From Bacteroidota bacterium (GTDB lineage Bacteria > Bacteroidota > Bacteroidia > Cytophagales > ES-bin-26): 64,000 nucleotides of DNA. Shown piece after piece: positions 49,963 through 59,269 of the stretch. Each line of letters opens with the position of its first letter. The stretch's first letter is position 1. Where the stretch lies: positions 555-64,554 of the forward strand of contig JAZKGK010000011.1 of assembly GCA_040385915.1 (NCBI GenBank). The letters are read 5' to 3'. Under the pieces are notes generated by a model that made no database searches, was not told where the DNA came from, and saw only the letters and a program-made list of their open reading frames with translations. Position numbers and translations under genes: made by a program.

Positions 49963-51894
49963 ATGAAATTAGATTCAAAAATACCAGACGGACCACTGGC
50001 TGAAAAATGGGCCAAGCATAAGTTTGATATGAAGCTGGTAAACCCAGCTAATAAGCGGAAATACGATATTATTATTGTGGGAACTGGTTTAGCAGGCGCT
50101 TCTGCCGCCGCTTCACTGGCCGAGTTAGGCTATAACGTAAAAGTATTTACCTACCACGAAAGCCCACGACGAGCTCATAGTATTGCTGCCCAAGGCGGTA
50201 TTAATGCGGCCAAAAACTATCAGAATGATGGCGATAGCGTATTCCGCTTATTTTATGATACAATCAAAGGGGGCGATTACCGTGCCCGCGAAGGAAACGT
50301 TTACCGCCTGGCTCAAGTAAGTGTCAATATTATTGATCAATGCGTAGCGCAAGGTGTGCCATTTGCCCGTGAATACGGCGGCTTATTAGCTAACCGTTCT
50401 TTTGGAGGCGCACAAGTATCGCGTACCTTCTACGCCCGAGGCCAAACTGGTCAGCAATTGTTATTAGGAGCCTATAGTGCGCTAAGCCGGCAGATTGCTA
50501 CTGGCAAAGTAAAGCTCTATACCCGGTCCGAAATGCTCGACCTGGTGGTAGAGGGCGGCAAAGCACGAGGCATTATTACCCGCAATCTGATTACTGGGAA
50601 GGTTGAATCTCACTCGGCCCACGCCGTTGTTCTGGCTACTGGCGGGTACGGAAACGTATTTTATCTTTCTACGAATGCTTTATACTGCAATGCTACCGCT
50701 GCCTGGCGGGCGCACAAAAAGGGAGCCTACTTTGGCAACCCTTGCTTTACTCAAATTCACCCCACCTGTATCCCTGTTTCGGGCGATCACCAATCGAAAC
50801 TAACCTTGATGTCCGAATCATTACGGAATGATGGGCGGGTATGGGTATCTAAGAAAATGAACGATAATCGCGCGCCTGGTGATATTCCTGAAGCAGAACG
50901 TGATTATTTTCTGGAGCGTAGGTATCCTGCTTTCGGAAACCTGGTGCCACGGGACGTAGCTTCGCGTAATGCCAAATATGTGTGTGACGAAGGACGGGGC
51001 GTAGGAAAAGCAGGAGCAGGAGGAAAAAAACTGGCCGTATACCTCGACTTTGCAGATGCCATAAAACGTGATAGTCGCAAGGTAATCGAAGCCAAGTATG
51101 GCAATTTGTTTGAGATGTACGAAAAGATTACTGGCGAAGACCCTTACCAAGTGCCTATGCGCATTTATCCGGCAGTACACTATACCATGGGCGGCCTTTG
51201 GGTAGACTATAACCTGATGACTTCTATTACTGGCCTGTATGCGATGGGCGAATGCAACTTCTCTGACCATGGCGCTAACCGATTAGGAGCCAGTGCATTG
51301 ATGCAGGGACTAGCAGACGGTTATTTTGTACTTCCTTATACCATCGGCAATTACCTAGCTACAGTATCAGCCTCCGACAAACTTCCTACTGATCACCCAG
51401 CTTTTAAGGAAGCCGTGCAAGTAGTGGAGGAACGCACCAAGAAACTACTTTCTATCAATGGAAAGAAAACTGCCGATGATTTCCATCGTGAATTAGGTCA
51501 TTTGATGTGGGACTACTGCGGTATGTCGCGAACAGCGGAAGGTTTGAAGACTGCTAAGATAAAAATTCAGGTATTGCGTAAGGAATTCTGGACCAATGTG
51601 AAAGTAACGGGTGTCAATGAAGACCTGAATCAAACGTTGGAAAAAGCCCTTCGGGTAGCAGACTTCCTGGAGTTAGGCGAGTTGATGGTAGACGACGCCC
51701 TAAACCGGGAAGAATCTTGCGGAGGTCACTTCCGTGAAGAATACCAAACGGAAGATGGCGAAGCTCAACGAGATGATGACAAGTTTGCCTACGTCGCTGC
51801 GTGGGAATATAAAGGAGATAACCAGCCAGAGCAGCTTCACCAGGAAGAACTCATCTTCGAAAATGTGAAATTATCGCAAAGAAGCTATAAGTAA
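49963..51894 (+). CDS. sdhA: succinate dehydrogenase/fumarate reductase flavoprotein subunit
   Basis: ...[23 protein letters not shown]...[14 protein letters not shown]...; 643 aa. Confidence 0.97.
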   Translation: MKLDSKIPDGPLAEKWAKHKFDMKLVNPANKRKYDIIIVGTGLAGASAAASLAELGYNVKVFTYHESPRRAHSIAAQGGINAAKNYQNDGDSVFRLFYDTIKGGDYRAREGNVYRLAQVSVNIIDQCVAQGVPFAREYGGLLANRSFGGAQVSRTFYARGQTGQQLLLGAYSALSRQIATGKVKLYTRSEMLDLVVEGGKARGIITRNLITGKVESHSAHAVVLATGGYGNVFYLSTNALYCNATAAWRAHKKGAYFGNPCFTQIHPTCIPVSGDHQSKLTLMSESLRNDGRVWVSKKMNDNRAPGDIPEAERDYFLERRYPAFGNLVPRDVASRNAKYVCDEGRGVGKAGAGGKKLAVYLDFADAIKRDSRKVIEAKYGNLFEMYEKITGEDPYQVPMRIYPAVHYTMGGLWVDYNLMTSITGLYAMGECNFSDHGANRLGASALMQGLADGYFVLPYTIGNYLATVSASDKLPTDHPAFKEAVQVVEERTKKLLSINGKKTADDFHRELGHLMWDYCGMSRTAEGLKTAKIKIQVLRKEFWTNVKVTGVNEDLNQTLEKALRVADFLELGELMVDDALNREESCGGHFREEYQTEDGEAQRDDDKFAYVAAWEYKGDNQPEQLHQEELIFENVKLSQRSYK

Positions 51895-51905
51895 TATGCT
51901 AATTA

Positions 51906-51965
51906 GCTGATGTGCTGATGTGCTGATTGATTTATTCAAAACAATCAGCACACCAGCACATCAGC
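51906..51965. repeat. 24-bp hairpin built from tandem GCTGATGT octamers in the sdhA-sdhB spacer
   Basis: GCTGATGTGCTGATGTGCTGATTG (51906-51929), a 12-nt loop, then CAATCAGCACACCAGCACATCAGC (51942-51965). There is one mismatch. Confidence 0.85.
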
Positions 51966-51983
51966 ATATCAACCCATCATTCT

Positions 51984-52736
51984 ATGAACTTAACCTTGAA
52001 AATCTGGCGGCAAAAGGATGCAAACTCGTCAGGTAATTTGGTAGATTATAAAATAACGGACATTTCCGAAGATATGTCCTTCTTGGAAGTACTGGATATA
52101 CTCAATGGACAACTGATCCGGGAAAATAAAGAGCCTGTTGCCTTCGACCACGATTGTCGGGAAGGTATTTGTGGTTCTTGTTCGCTCTACATCAATGGAC
52201 GTGCACACGGGCCTCAACAGAAAGCCGCCGTTTGCCAGCTCCATATGCGGAGTTTTACTGATGGCGATACTATTTATGTTGAGCCATGGCGAGCGAGTGC
52301 TTTTCCTATTATTAAAGACTTATGCGTAGACCGGACTTCCTTTGACCGTATAATCCAGGCTGGTGGTTACGTTTCGGTAAACACAGGTAGCCCAAGAGAC
52401 GCGAATGAAATTCTGATACCCCGTATTGTCGCAGAAGAAGCCATGGATGCGGCCGCTTGTATTGGCTGTGGAGCCTGCGTAGCCGCTTGTAAAAATGCTT
52501 CGGCTATGTTGTTTGTTGCAGCAAAAGTTTCTCAACTAGCGTTATTGCCACAAGGCAAGGCCGAAAGGAAAGAACGGGCTGAAAAAATGGTTGCTCAAAT
52601 GGATCTGGAAGGATTTGGGGCCTGTACCAATACGGGAGCCTGTTCGGCAGAATGTCCCAAGAGCATTGGCCAAGAGCATATTGCCCGCATGAATCGCGAA
52701 TATTTGGGAGCTAAGCTTTCTTCCAATAATATTTAA
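51984..52736 (+). CDS. sdhB: succinate dehydrogenase/fumarate reductase iron-sulfur subunit
   Basis: ORF 51927..52736 trimmed to [12 protein letters not shown]..., because the upstream codons lie in the hairpin repeat. Cys clusters [10 protein letters not shown] and [11 protein letters not shown]...[12 protein letters not shown] are present. Confidence 0.95.
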   Translation: MNLTLKIWRQKDANSSGNLVDYKITDISEDMSFLEVLDILNGQLIRENKEPVAFDHDCREGICGSCSLYINGRAHGPQQKAAVCQLHMRSFTDGDTIYVEPWRASAFPIIKDLCVDRTSFDRIIQAGGYVSVNTGSPRDANEILIPRIVAEEAMDAAACIGCGACVAACKNASAMLFVAAKVSQLALLPQGKAERKERAEKMVAQMDLEGFGACTNTGACSAECPKSIGQEHIARMNREYLGAKLSSNNI

Positions 52737-52786
52737 CTTGTTGATTTTTCAATAGTACACCAACAAAAAAGTGAGCCTCATTCCAA

Positions 52787-52814
52787 GGTCTGTGTCCTCA
52801 CAGACCTTTTTTTT
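52787..52814 (+). terminator. rho-independent terminator of sdhCAB
   Basis: GGTCTGTG-tcct-CACAGACC followed by T8. Confidence 0.85.
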
Positions 52815-52934
52815 GCCTATATCTCATCAATTGATAAGACAAGTCATGAGGCAATCTTTAGGGTAATGAAGCGTCAGGTATACATTAGTCCGAGTGGAAT
52901 AACAAATGTATATCGACCATTCTGCCCTTTCTTC

Positions 52935-52942
52935 TATCTTTG
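52935..52942 (+). promoter_or_regulatory. candidate -7 box for lysS
   Basis: TATCTTTGCA about 65 nt upstream of the lysS ATG. No clear -33 TTG was seen. Confidence 0.4.
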
Positions 52943-53007
52943 CAAAAATTTACATTGGGCTGGGAACTACGCTAATGGACGTCCCCTAGCTAATCTTATA
53001 TTATATT

Positions 53008-54735
53008 ATGCAGTTGAGCGAACAAGAGTTAAAAAGGCGTGAAAAGCGCGAAGATTTGATTCGAATGGGTATTGAACCCTACCCTTCCGAACTATTTCCC
53101 ATCAACGTAACGGCAGAAGACATTCACCGCAACTATGAAAGGAATAAAAACGATTATAAAGACATCTCCATCGCTGGCCGGCTAATGATGTTTCGGGTGA
53201 TGGGAAGTGCCTCCTTCGCCGAAATTCAGGATGCTACGGGCAAAATCCAGTTGTACTTCCGACGGGATGACCTTTGTCCAGGCGACGACAAGACCTTATA
53301 CAATACAGTTTTCAAAAAGCTACTTGACATCGGTGATATCATCGGAGTAAAAGGATTCGTTTTTACGACCCAAACGGGCGAGGTGTCTATTCATGTCAAT
53401 GAATTTAAAATATTAACCAAGTCTCTCCACCCACTTCCAGTCGTTAGGGAAGTAAAGGATGAACAGGGCAATATTCAGACCTACGATGCCTTTACTGACC
53501 CAGAATTGCGTTACCGCCAACGGTACGTAGACTTGATTGTGAATGCACACGTACGCGAAACTTTCCGCAAGCGAACTCAATTGGTATCTACCATCCGCGA
53601 CTATTTGAATAACCGGGGTTACCTGGAAGTAGAAACGCCCATTTTGCAACCCTTATACGGTGGTGCGGCAGCGCGTCCATTCAAGACTCACCACAATTCG
53701 CTCGACATGACCCTTTACCTGCGGATTGCCAACGAGCTTTACCTGAAAAGGTTAATCGTAGGCGGTTTCGATGGCGTATATGAGTTCGCCAAAGATTTCC
53801 GTAACGAAGGCATGGATCGTTTCCATAATCCTGAATTTACACAGGTTGAATTATATGTAGCCTACAAAGACTACGAATGGATGATGAACCTAGTAGAGGA
53901 GATGGTAGAGAAGGTAGCCATGAATTTGCACGGAACTACCGAAATACCGGTAGGAGAACATATCATTAATTTCCAGCGACCTTGGAAACGCTTTACTATG
54001 TTTGAGGCTATTCACCACTTCACGGGGATTGATATCACGGACATGGATGAAGCCCAACTGCGAACAACAGCAAAAAAACTGAATGTGCCCGTAGATGAAA
54101 GTATGGGTAAAGGCAAGTTAATTGACGAAATATTTGGCGAAACCTGCGAACATCAACTCATCCAACCGACTTTCATCACTGATTATCCCGTAGAAATGTC
54201 GCCTTTGGCGAAAAAACATCGGACGAAGGAAGGCTTGGTAGAACGCTTCGAGGCTATTTGCAACGGCAAGGAAATCTGTAATGCCTTCTCGGAACTCAAC
54301 GACCCGATTGACCAGCGGCAACGATTCGAAGATCAGTTAGAGCTAGGCAAACGCGGCGATACCGAAGCGATGGTACTAGATGAGGATTTTCTACGTGCTT
54401 TGGAATATGGTATGCCACCAACCGCTGGCTTAGGCATCGGCATCGACCGCCTTTCTATGATTATGACCAACTCCAATTCTATTCAGGACGTGCTTTTCTT
54501 CCCACAAATGAAGGCGGAAAAGAAGGCCAAAGTAGCCACGGACGAGGAATACGAAGCCAAGGGCATTGCTAAAGAATGGATTCAGGTATTGAAGGGATTG
54601 GGCTTGACCCAGGTTGAAAAACTGAAAGATGAAAACCCGAATAAACTCTATAATAGCTTGGGCGGCATGCGAAAGAAACTGAAATTAGACGTCCCAATGC
54701 CTACGCTAGACGAAGTAAAGAAGTGGGTAGAATAA
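53008..54735 (+). CDS. lysS: lysine--tRNA ligase (class II) with ~70-aa C-terminal extension
   Basis: [26 protein letters not shown]..., class II motifs (...FRNEG..., GIGIDRL). The extra C-terminal segment follows FFPQMK. Confidence 0.96.
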   Translation: MQLSEQELKRREKREDLIRMGIEPYPSELFPINVTAEDIHRNYERNKNDYKDISIAGRLMMFRVMGSASFAEIQDATGKIQLYFRRDDLCPGDDKTLYNTVFKKLLDIGDIIGVKGFVFTTQTGEVSIHVNEFKILTKSLHPLPVVREVKDEQGNIQTYDAFTDPELRYRQRYVDLIVNAHVRETFRKRTQLVSTIRDYLNNRGYLEVETPILQPLYGGAAARPFKTHHNSLDMTLYLRIANELYLKRLIVGGFDGVYEFAKDFRNEGMDRFHNPEFTQVELYVAYKDYEWMMNLVEEMVEKVAMNLHGTTEIPVGEHIINFQRPWKRFTMFEAIHHFTGIDITDMDEAQLRTTAKKLNVPVDESMGKGKLIDEIFGETCEHQLIQPTFITDYPVEMSPLAKKHRTKEGLVERFEAICNGKEICNAFSELNDPIDQRQRFEDQLELGKRGDTEAMVLDEDFLRALEYGMPPTAGLGIGIDRLSMIMTNSNSIQDVLFFPQMKAEKKAKVATDEEYEAKGIAKEWIQVLKGLGLTQVEKLKDENPNKLYNSLGGMRKKLKLDVPMPTLDEVKKWVE

Positions 54736-54765
54736 TAGAATAAAAATCTACTGTAGAAAGACTTG

Positions 54766-54802
54766 ACCGATTTTGCTTGGCATTAGCCTAGGCAAAACCG
54801 GT
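54766..54802. terminator. hairpin between convergent lysS and parE
   Basis: ACCGATTTTGC-N15-GCAAAACCGGT: 11 bp, with one A-C position (plus strand) that is a G-U pair on the minus strand. There is no strong U-run. Confidence 0.45.
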
Positions 54803-55104
54803 TAATCTTGACCCAAGATGGAGTCGATGTCCTGACGTTGGTGAAGCACCCGCCGAATCACCAGCAAACTAGGGGAAGGAAGATCATAAAAAAGCAGATA
54901 GGGATGAAAGGGTAAACTTCGTAGGCCTTTGTGTAGTTCTTCTCTTGCTCGACCCAGGAAGGGATGCAGCACGAGTTTCTGGCATTTTTCTCCGAACTCA
55001 TCAATAAAGGCATCCGCCTTCTGATCGCTGGCGTTTTCTGACAGGTATAACCAGATATCTGCTAAGTCGTTTCTTGCCGCAGGACTTAGTTGGTAAGTTA
55101 TCAT
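54802..55104 (-). CDS. parE: type II toxin, ParE/RelE family
   Basis: MITYQLSPAARNDLADIWLYLSENASDQKADAFIDEFGEKCQKLVLHPFLGRAREEL...VIRRVLHQRQDI. Its ATG overlaps the antitoxin TAA by 1 nt. Confidence 0.88.
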   Translation of the reverse strand: MITYQLSPAARNDLADIWLYLSENASDQKADAFIDEFGEKCQKLVLHPFLGRAREELHKGLRSLPFHPYLLFYDLPSPSLLVIRRVLHQRQDIDSILGQD

Positions 55105-55352
55105 TACGGCAATGGCTTTTCAAGGCCTTGACCCTTAAGTCGGCGTCCGTGCTGTTTAATAGCCTCTGCATCAAAGTTTACTGGTTCGCCTATATACCCT
55201 TTCTCAATCTGTAGACGTAACTCCTGCATTTTCTCTTGTTGCTCCAAAGCTCGCAGACCGGCTCGGATCACTTCGCTAGCATTGGTGTATTTACCAGAAC
55301 CGATCTTCTCACTAATGAAAGATTCGAAGTATTTGGTCAAATGTACATTCAT
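55104..55352 (-). CDS. parD: type II antitoxin, ParD family (ribbon-helix-helix)
   Basis: MNVHLTKYFESFISEKIGSGKYTNASEVIRAGLRALEQQEKMQELRLQIEKG... Confidence 0.88.
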   Translation of the reverse strand: MNVHLTKYFESFISEKIGSGKYTNASEVIRAGLRALEQQEKMQELRLQIEKGYIGEPVNFDAEAIKQHGRRLKGQGLEKPLP

Positions 55353-55402
55353 AAGCCATCTTCTTTTTGCAAGTAAAGATATACAATTGACAAAATACGT
55401 CC

Positions 55403-55431
55403 AAAATAGACATACTTTATTTGTCTATTTT
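55403..55431. promoter_or_regulatory. inverted repeat AAAATAGACA-N9-TGTCTATTTT upstream of parD (operator and/or terminator of the upstream gene)
   Basis: 10-bp perfect arms, about 50 nt upstream of the parD ATG and about 20 nt downstream of the ExbD-like stop. Confidence 0.4.
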
Positions 55432-55450
55432 CTCAAGGCCTGCGTAAAAA

Positions 55451-56143
55451 TCAATTCAATTTGCCTAATTCCAAGTCGGTAATTAACCCAAAGCGATTGA
55501 TATTGTTGTCTTGCAACGTATGAATAAGCTTTTTTACCAATGGATAAGCTGCTGCTTCATCACCTTTAATCGCAATGCGCAATTGCGGGTTGACCATTCT
55601 GGAATATACCAGCCAGTAGGCCAGTTGGTTGTTGGCCTCTTCTATCGGAATGCCCGATTGAGTCACCAGCTTCCGTTCTTCTGAACTAAGACTTAAGAAA
55701 CCGGGTAACTGGCGAATATCCATCCCGAAGAAATTCATTGTAGAGAAATCAGCTATTTGCCGCTGGTTAAAATGAATCCCATATTTAATGCCTATTTCCT
55801 GGATCAATGCTGCTCGCTTCAATTGATTATCCATATCATAAAACACCTTTCCCTCTTTCGAAATCAATAAAGTAAGCATATTGGTAGACGCCTCTACATG
55901 GTCCGTAGACTTAGGTATATGTACTGTGACTGGTGCTTCGGCTGCAAACTGAGTTGTGAGCATGAAGAAGGCCACTAATAAGAAAGCCAAATCTACCATC
56001 GGAGTCATATCCAGCAGTATGGAGGATCGGTTAGCGCGGCTTTTAGAGCCAGTCGTTTGTGTGAGTTTCTGTCGCATAAGCTTAAAGTTAGAGGTATACC
56101 GATACAGACGCGCTGGCTTCTCATTTTCCATACTTCCAAGCAT
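55451..56143 (-). CDS. ExbD/TolR-family biopolymer transport protein (orphan, long form)
   Basis: ...LLDMTPMVDLAFLLVAFFMLTTQF... is the characteristic ExbD TM segment. There is no adjacent exbB or tonB, and the start codon is uncertain. Confidence 0.6.
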   Translation of the reverse strand: MLGSMENEKPARLYRYTSNFKLMRQKLTQTTGSKSRANRSSILLDMTPMVDLAFLLVAFFMLTTQFAAEAPVTVHIPKSTDHVEASTNMLTLLISKEGKVFYDMDNQLKRAALIQEIGIKYGIHFNQRQIADFSTMNFFGMDIRQLPGFLSLSSEERKLVTQSGIPIEEANNQLAYWLVYSRMVNPQLRIAIKGDEAAAYPLVKKLIHTLQDNNINRFGLITDLELGKLN

Positions 56144-56229
56144 TGATTCAGGGAATAATTTTCAATACCTTAGCCTACTAACTGCGGCTTACGCTATCAA
56201 AAAGCCATATTTCACCCTAACTACAGCCC

Positions 56230-56724
56230 GTGAAAACAGTATACTTAGTCAGACACGCTAAATCCGATTGGTCCAATACGCGCCTTCACGATTTCGATCG
56301 CCCACTAAATAAGCGAGGCAAAGACAATGCACCTTTTATGGGAAAGTTATTACAACAAAAAGGTGTTTTACCTGATTTGCTGCTTTCCAGCCCGGCCAAC
56401 CGAGCCTTCACTACAGCCCAACTGATTGCAACAGAAATTACCTATCCTTTAGAGAATATTCGTACAGCACCGGCAATTTATGAGGCCTCTCCAGACAAAT
56501 TACTCAGTATAATAGGACAGCAAGACAATGCGTATCAGGCGCTGATGTTGGTGGGGCATAATCCCGGATTGACGGATCTTGCTAATCAACTCGCGGGTCT
56601 GAGAATTGATAATATGCCTACTTGTAGTATAGTAGGGCTAACATTTGACACGGACAACTGGAAAAACATTCTTCAAAAGAAAGCTCAATTAATATTTTTC
56701 CATTATCCCAAAGAGTTCGCTTAG
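56230..56724 (+). CDS. sixA: SixA-type phosphohistidine phosphatase (histidine phosphatase superfamily), GTG start
   Basis: (M)KTVYLVRHAKSDW...FDRPLNKRGK...LVGHNPGL. Confidence 0.85.
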   Translation: MKTVYLVRHAKSDWSNTRLHDFDRPLNKRGKDNAPFMGKLLQQKGVLPDLLLSSPANRAFTTAQLIATEITYPLENIRTAPAIYEASPDKLLSIIGQQDNAYQALMLVGHNPGLTDLANQLAGLRIDNMPTCSIVGLTFDTDNWKNILQKKAQLIFFHYPKEFA

Positions 56725-56750
56725 GGCGTTGATAGTGGGCTTAGGCGCTG

Positions 56751-57812
56751 TCAATTATTTGTCAACAATCTATCTAGTTTATGATTCTGCACGTCTTTGC
56801 CAAATAAGCGATTAAAGCGATAGCCGACAAAAAGCCGAATATTAACTGCCGATGTGGTAAGTAAAACATTCTCCATTCCGATTCTATTGTTATCCAGTAC
56901 CATATTTATTCCTGCAAATACTTGCTGGCCGTAGTAACCAGCCGCCAACCGGAAATTAATTTTCTGGCCAATAGCCATGCCCTTGTACCGTTGGGCATCG
57001 ATATCATACGATTGCTGGCGAATACCCAATCCCCAACATATAGAAGGTGACAAGTAAAAATTTTCTTTGATAATCAGTGAATAAGCAAAGCCTGGTGCTA
57101 CAGCAAGCGTGTAGAAATAGCCTTCCTTAAAAGCAAGCCCTTCGGCTGGCGTAGAAGCGCTGGGAAACAAGGTTGAATCGCTACGAATGCGGGTAAAAAA
57201 GGATGAGCCCATAACTAGGAAAGTACCCGCACTGCGAAGTTGGCGTTCCGTTTGATCAAAAGCAGCTTGGTAAGAGAATTTTTTGTAATTGAACACGTAA
57301 TAGCCATTAAGGCCAAAATTAAAGCAACGGAGGTCAGGGCGTTGCGGGTAGCCCTTCATTGCAGACCAGCTTTTCAAGCTTTTATCAAAATCGCCGGGAT
57401 TGGCCTGATAAAAGCCTTTATAAGACTGGAAACTAATATCGTATCCAATCTTCTTTCCGTAAGAGTTGACTTGGAAGTCAAAAAAACGGGTCTTTCCAAA
57501 CAAGGTATTTTCCCGATTGCTGGCGGGTAATCCTAGTGATAAATCAAGCCCTAATTTACGATAGTACAAACTAAAACCATACGTTCCTTGCACATTAGGC
57601 GCATAAGAAACTTTCTCTTTAGCTCCAATTTTGCTTCTGAGAGCAAAATCAAAATATCGTCGGGAAATGTTAAACCTTACCGAAGCAATCTCCGGGAAAT
57701 CATCGATATAGTCAGTATCTACGTCCGCCCGTCTATTTCTGAGTTGAGTAAAGCCAGTCGTAGTGAAGCCTATAACAAACCAACACAACAGGAGAACAAA
57801 TTTCCGAATCAT
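56751..57812 (-). CDS. DUF4421-like exported/outer-membrane protein
   Basis: ORF 56751..57842 trimmed to MIRKFVLLLCWFVIGFTTTGFTQ (signal peptide). The rest is beta-rich and Tyr/Phe/Gly-rich. The family assignment is from memory of the DUF4421 pattern. Confidence 0.55.
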   Translation of the reverse strand: MIRKFVLLLCWFVIGFTTTGFTQLRNRRADVDTDYIDDFPEIASVRFNISRRYFDFALRSKIGAKEKVSYAPNVQGTYGFSLYYRKLGLDLSLGLPASNRENTLFGKTRFFDFQVNSYGKKIGYDISFQSYKGFYQANPGDFDKSLKSWSAMKGYPQRPDLRCFNFGLNGYYVFNYKKFSYQAAFDQTERQLRSAGTFLVMGSSFFTRIRSDSTLFPSASTPAEGLAFKEGYFYTLAVAPGFAYSLIIKENFYLSPSICWGLGIRQQSYDIDAQRYKGMAIGQKINFRLAAGYYGQQVFAGINMVLDNNRIGMENVLLTTSAVNIRLFVGYRFNRLFGKDVQNHKLDRLLTNN

Positions 57813-57897
57813 AGGTAAATTGGAATGGCTTGAGGTTAACATCCTTCATCGACAATGAATGAGCTAACGCATACGCAAGCAAACACCAAGCCTGGGT

Positions 57898-57933
57898 AAA
57901 AAAAAGCCCTTGGAATGAAACACATGCCAAGGG
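57898..57933 (-). terminator. rho-independent terminator after dnaN
   Basis: The minus strand reads CCCTTGG-N13-CCAAGGG followed by C then T8. Confidence 0.75.
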
Positions 57934-57968
57934 TGATTTTTTGGAAGCAATATCAGAAAAAGATCTAT

Positions 57969-59093
57969 CTACGCGTAGTTGTTAAGCATTACCGGCATTA
58001 CCAGCATCAGAATGTCTTCATTGTCTTCCATCTCCTTGGGTAGAATAAGGCCAGCACGGTTAGGAGCTGATAACTCCAGCGTAATATTTTTAGAGCTCAT
58101 ATTACTTAGTATTTCTACCAAGAAACGGGCATTGAAGCCAATTTCCATATCTTCTCCTACATATTCGCAAACCAATTTTTCATTGGCTTCATTAGAGTAG
58201 TCCAGGTCTTCGGCTGAAATGTGCAGATCGCTACCTACAATTTTCAAGCGAACCTGATGGGTAGTACGGTTAGAATAAATAGCTATTCGCTTCAGCGAGT
58301 TAAGCAATTCAATCCGACTAATGGACAAGATATTAGGATTGTTGACAGGAATGGCATTTTCATAATCCGGAAAACGCTCATCAATCAGGCGGCAAATCAT
58401 TCGGATATTGCTGAAACTGAAGAAAGCATTCGACTGGTTAAATTCTGTTCTCACATTTACCGCATCAGTCGGCAACGAGGTCTTCAGTAGATTTAAAGCC
58501 TTCCGTGGAATAATGAGGGAAGCTTCAACACCAGAAGCCACGTCTACGCGCTTATAGCGAATGAGCCGATGGCCATCTGTAGCTACAAAAGTAGAGCCTC
58601 CGTCGGTCAGGTGCAGAAATACGCCGGTCATGGCCGGACGCAATTCATCGCTACTGGTAGCAAAAATGGTATTGGTAATAGCCCTTAGCAATATATCAGA
58701 GGGAAAATCAACTGAACTACTATTGGTTACCGTGGGTACTTTTGGAAAGTCAGTAGGATTCTCTCCAGAGAGTTTATATACGCCGTTATCCGAACTAATT
58801 TGGATTCCGTAGGTTGCATTGTCGATTTTAACAGAAATAGATTGATCTGGCAATCCCCGAAGTGTATCCATCAAAATACGGGCTGGTACTGCAATGCTGC
58901 CGGTATCACTAGATTCTACTTCTATTTCCATCACCATTACTGTTTGCAAGTCAGAAGCAGTCACGATAAGTTTGCTATCTTTCAGTTGAAACAGAAAATT
59001 TTCCAGAATGGGTACAATTGGATTAGTTGCAATCACACCGCTGATGGATGAAAGATGCTTTAACAGCTTGGAAGAATTGACGGAAAACTTCAT
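57969..59093 (-). CDS. dnaN: DNA polymerase III beta sliding clamp
   Basis: ORF 57969..59186 trimmed to MKFSVNSSKLLKHLSSISGVIATNPIVPILENFLF...; 374 aa. No dnaA is adjacent. Confidence 0.94.
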   Translation of the reverse strand: MKFSVNSSKLLKHLSSISGVIATNPIVPILENFLFQLKDSKLIVTASDLQTVMVMEIEVESSDTGSIAVPARILMDTLRGLPDQSISVKIDNATYGIQISSDNGVYKLSGENPTDFPKVPTVTNSSSVDFPSDILLRAITNTIFATSSDELRPAMTGVFLHLTDGGSTFVATDGHRLIRYKRVDVASGVEASLIIPRKALNLLKTSLPTDAVNVRTEFNQSNAFFSFSNIRMICRLIDERFPDYENAIPVNNPNILSISRIELLNSLKRIAIYSNRTTHQVRLKIVGSDLHISAEDLDYSNEANEKLVCEYVGEDMEIGFNARFLVEILSNMSSKNITLELSAPNRAGLILPKEMEDNEDILMLVMPVMLNNYA

Positions 59094-59269
59094 ATCAGGA
59101 GTTGGGGAACTAGTTAGTGCGTTACTGAAGGCATTATAAAACGAACTGGCAAAATGAAAGATAAAATCCGTCTTTTGCCGATTCAACAGGTAAAGTTAAA
59201 AAGAATTCATTAGTAATCACATACGTGTTCAAATGAATTTCAAGCTAAGCAGAAACCTTTTCATAGCGC

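Noticed and set aside
50821-51270. 149-aa minus-strand ORF inside sdhA
   Set aside because: It is antisense to sdhA, with no start context, terminator or motif.
51927-51983. Upstream start for sdhB ([19 protein letters not shown]...)
   Set aside because: These codons are just the right arm of the 24-bp hairpin repeat read in frame. The conserved sdhB N-terminus begins at the ATG at 51984.
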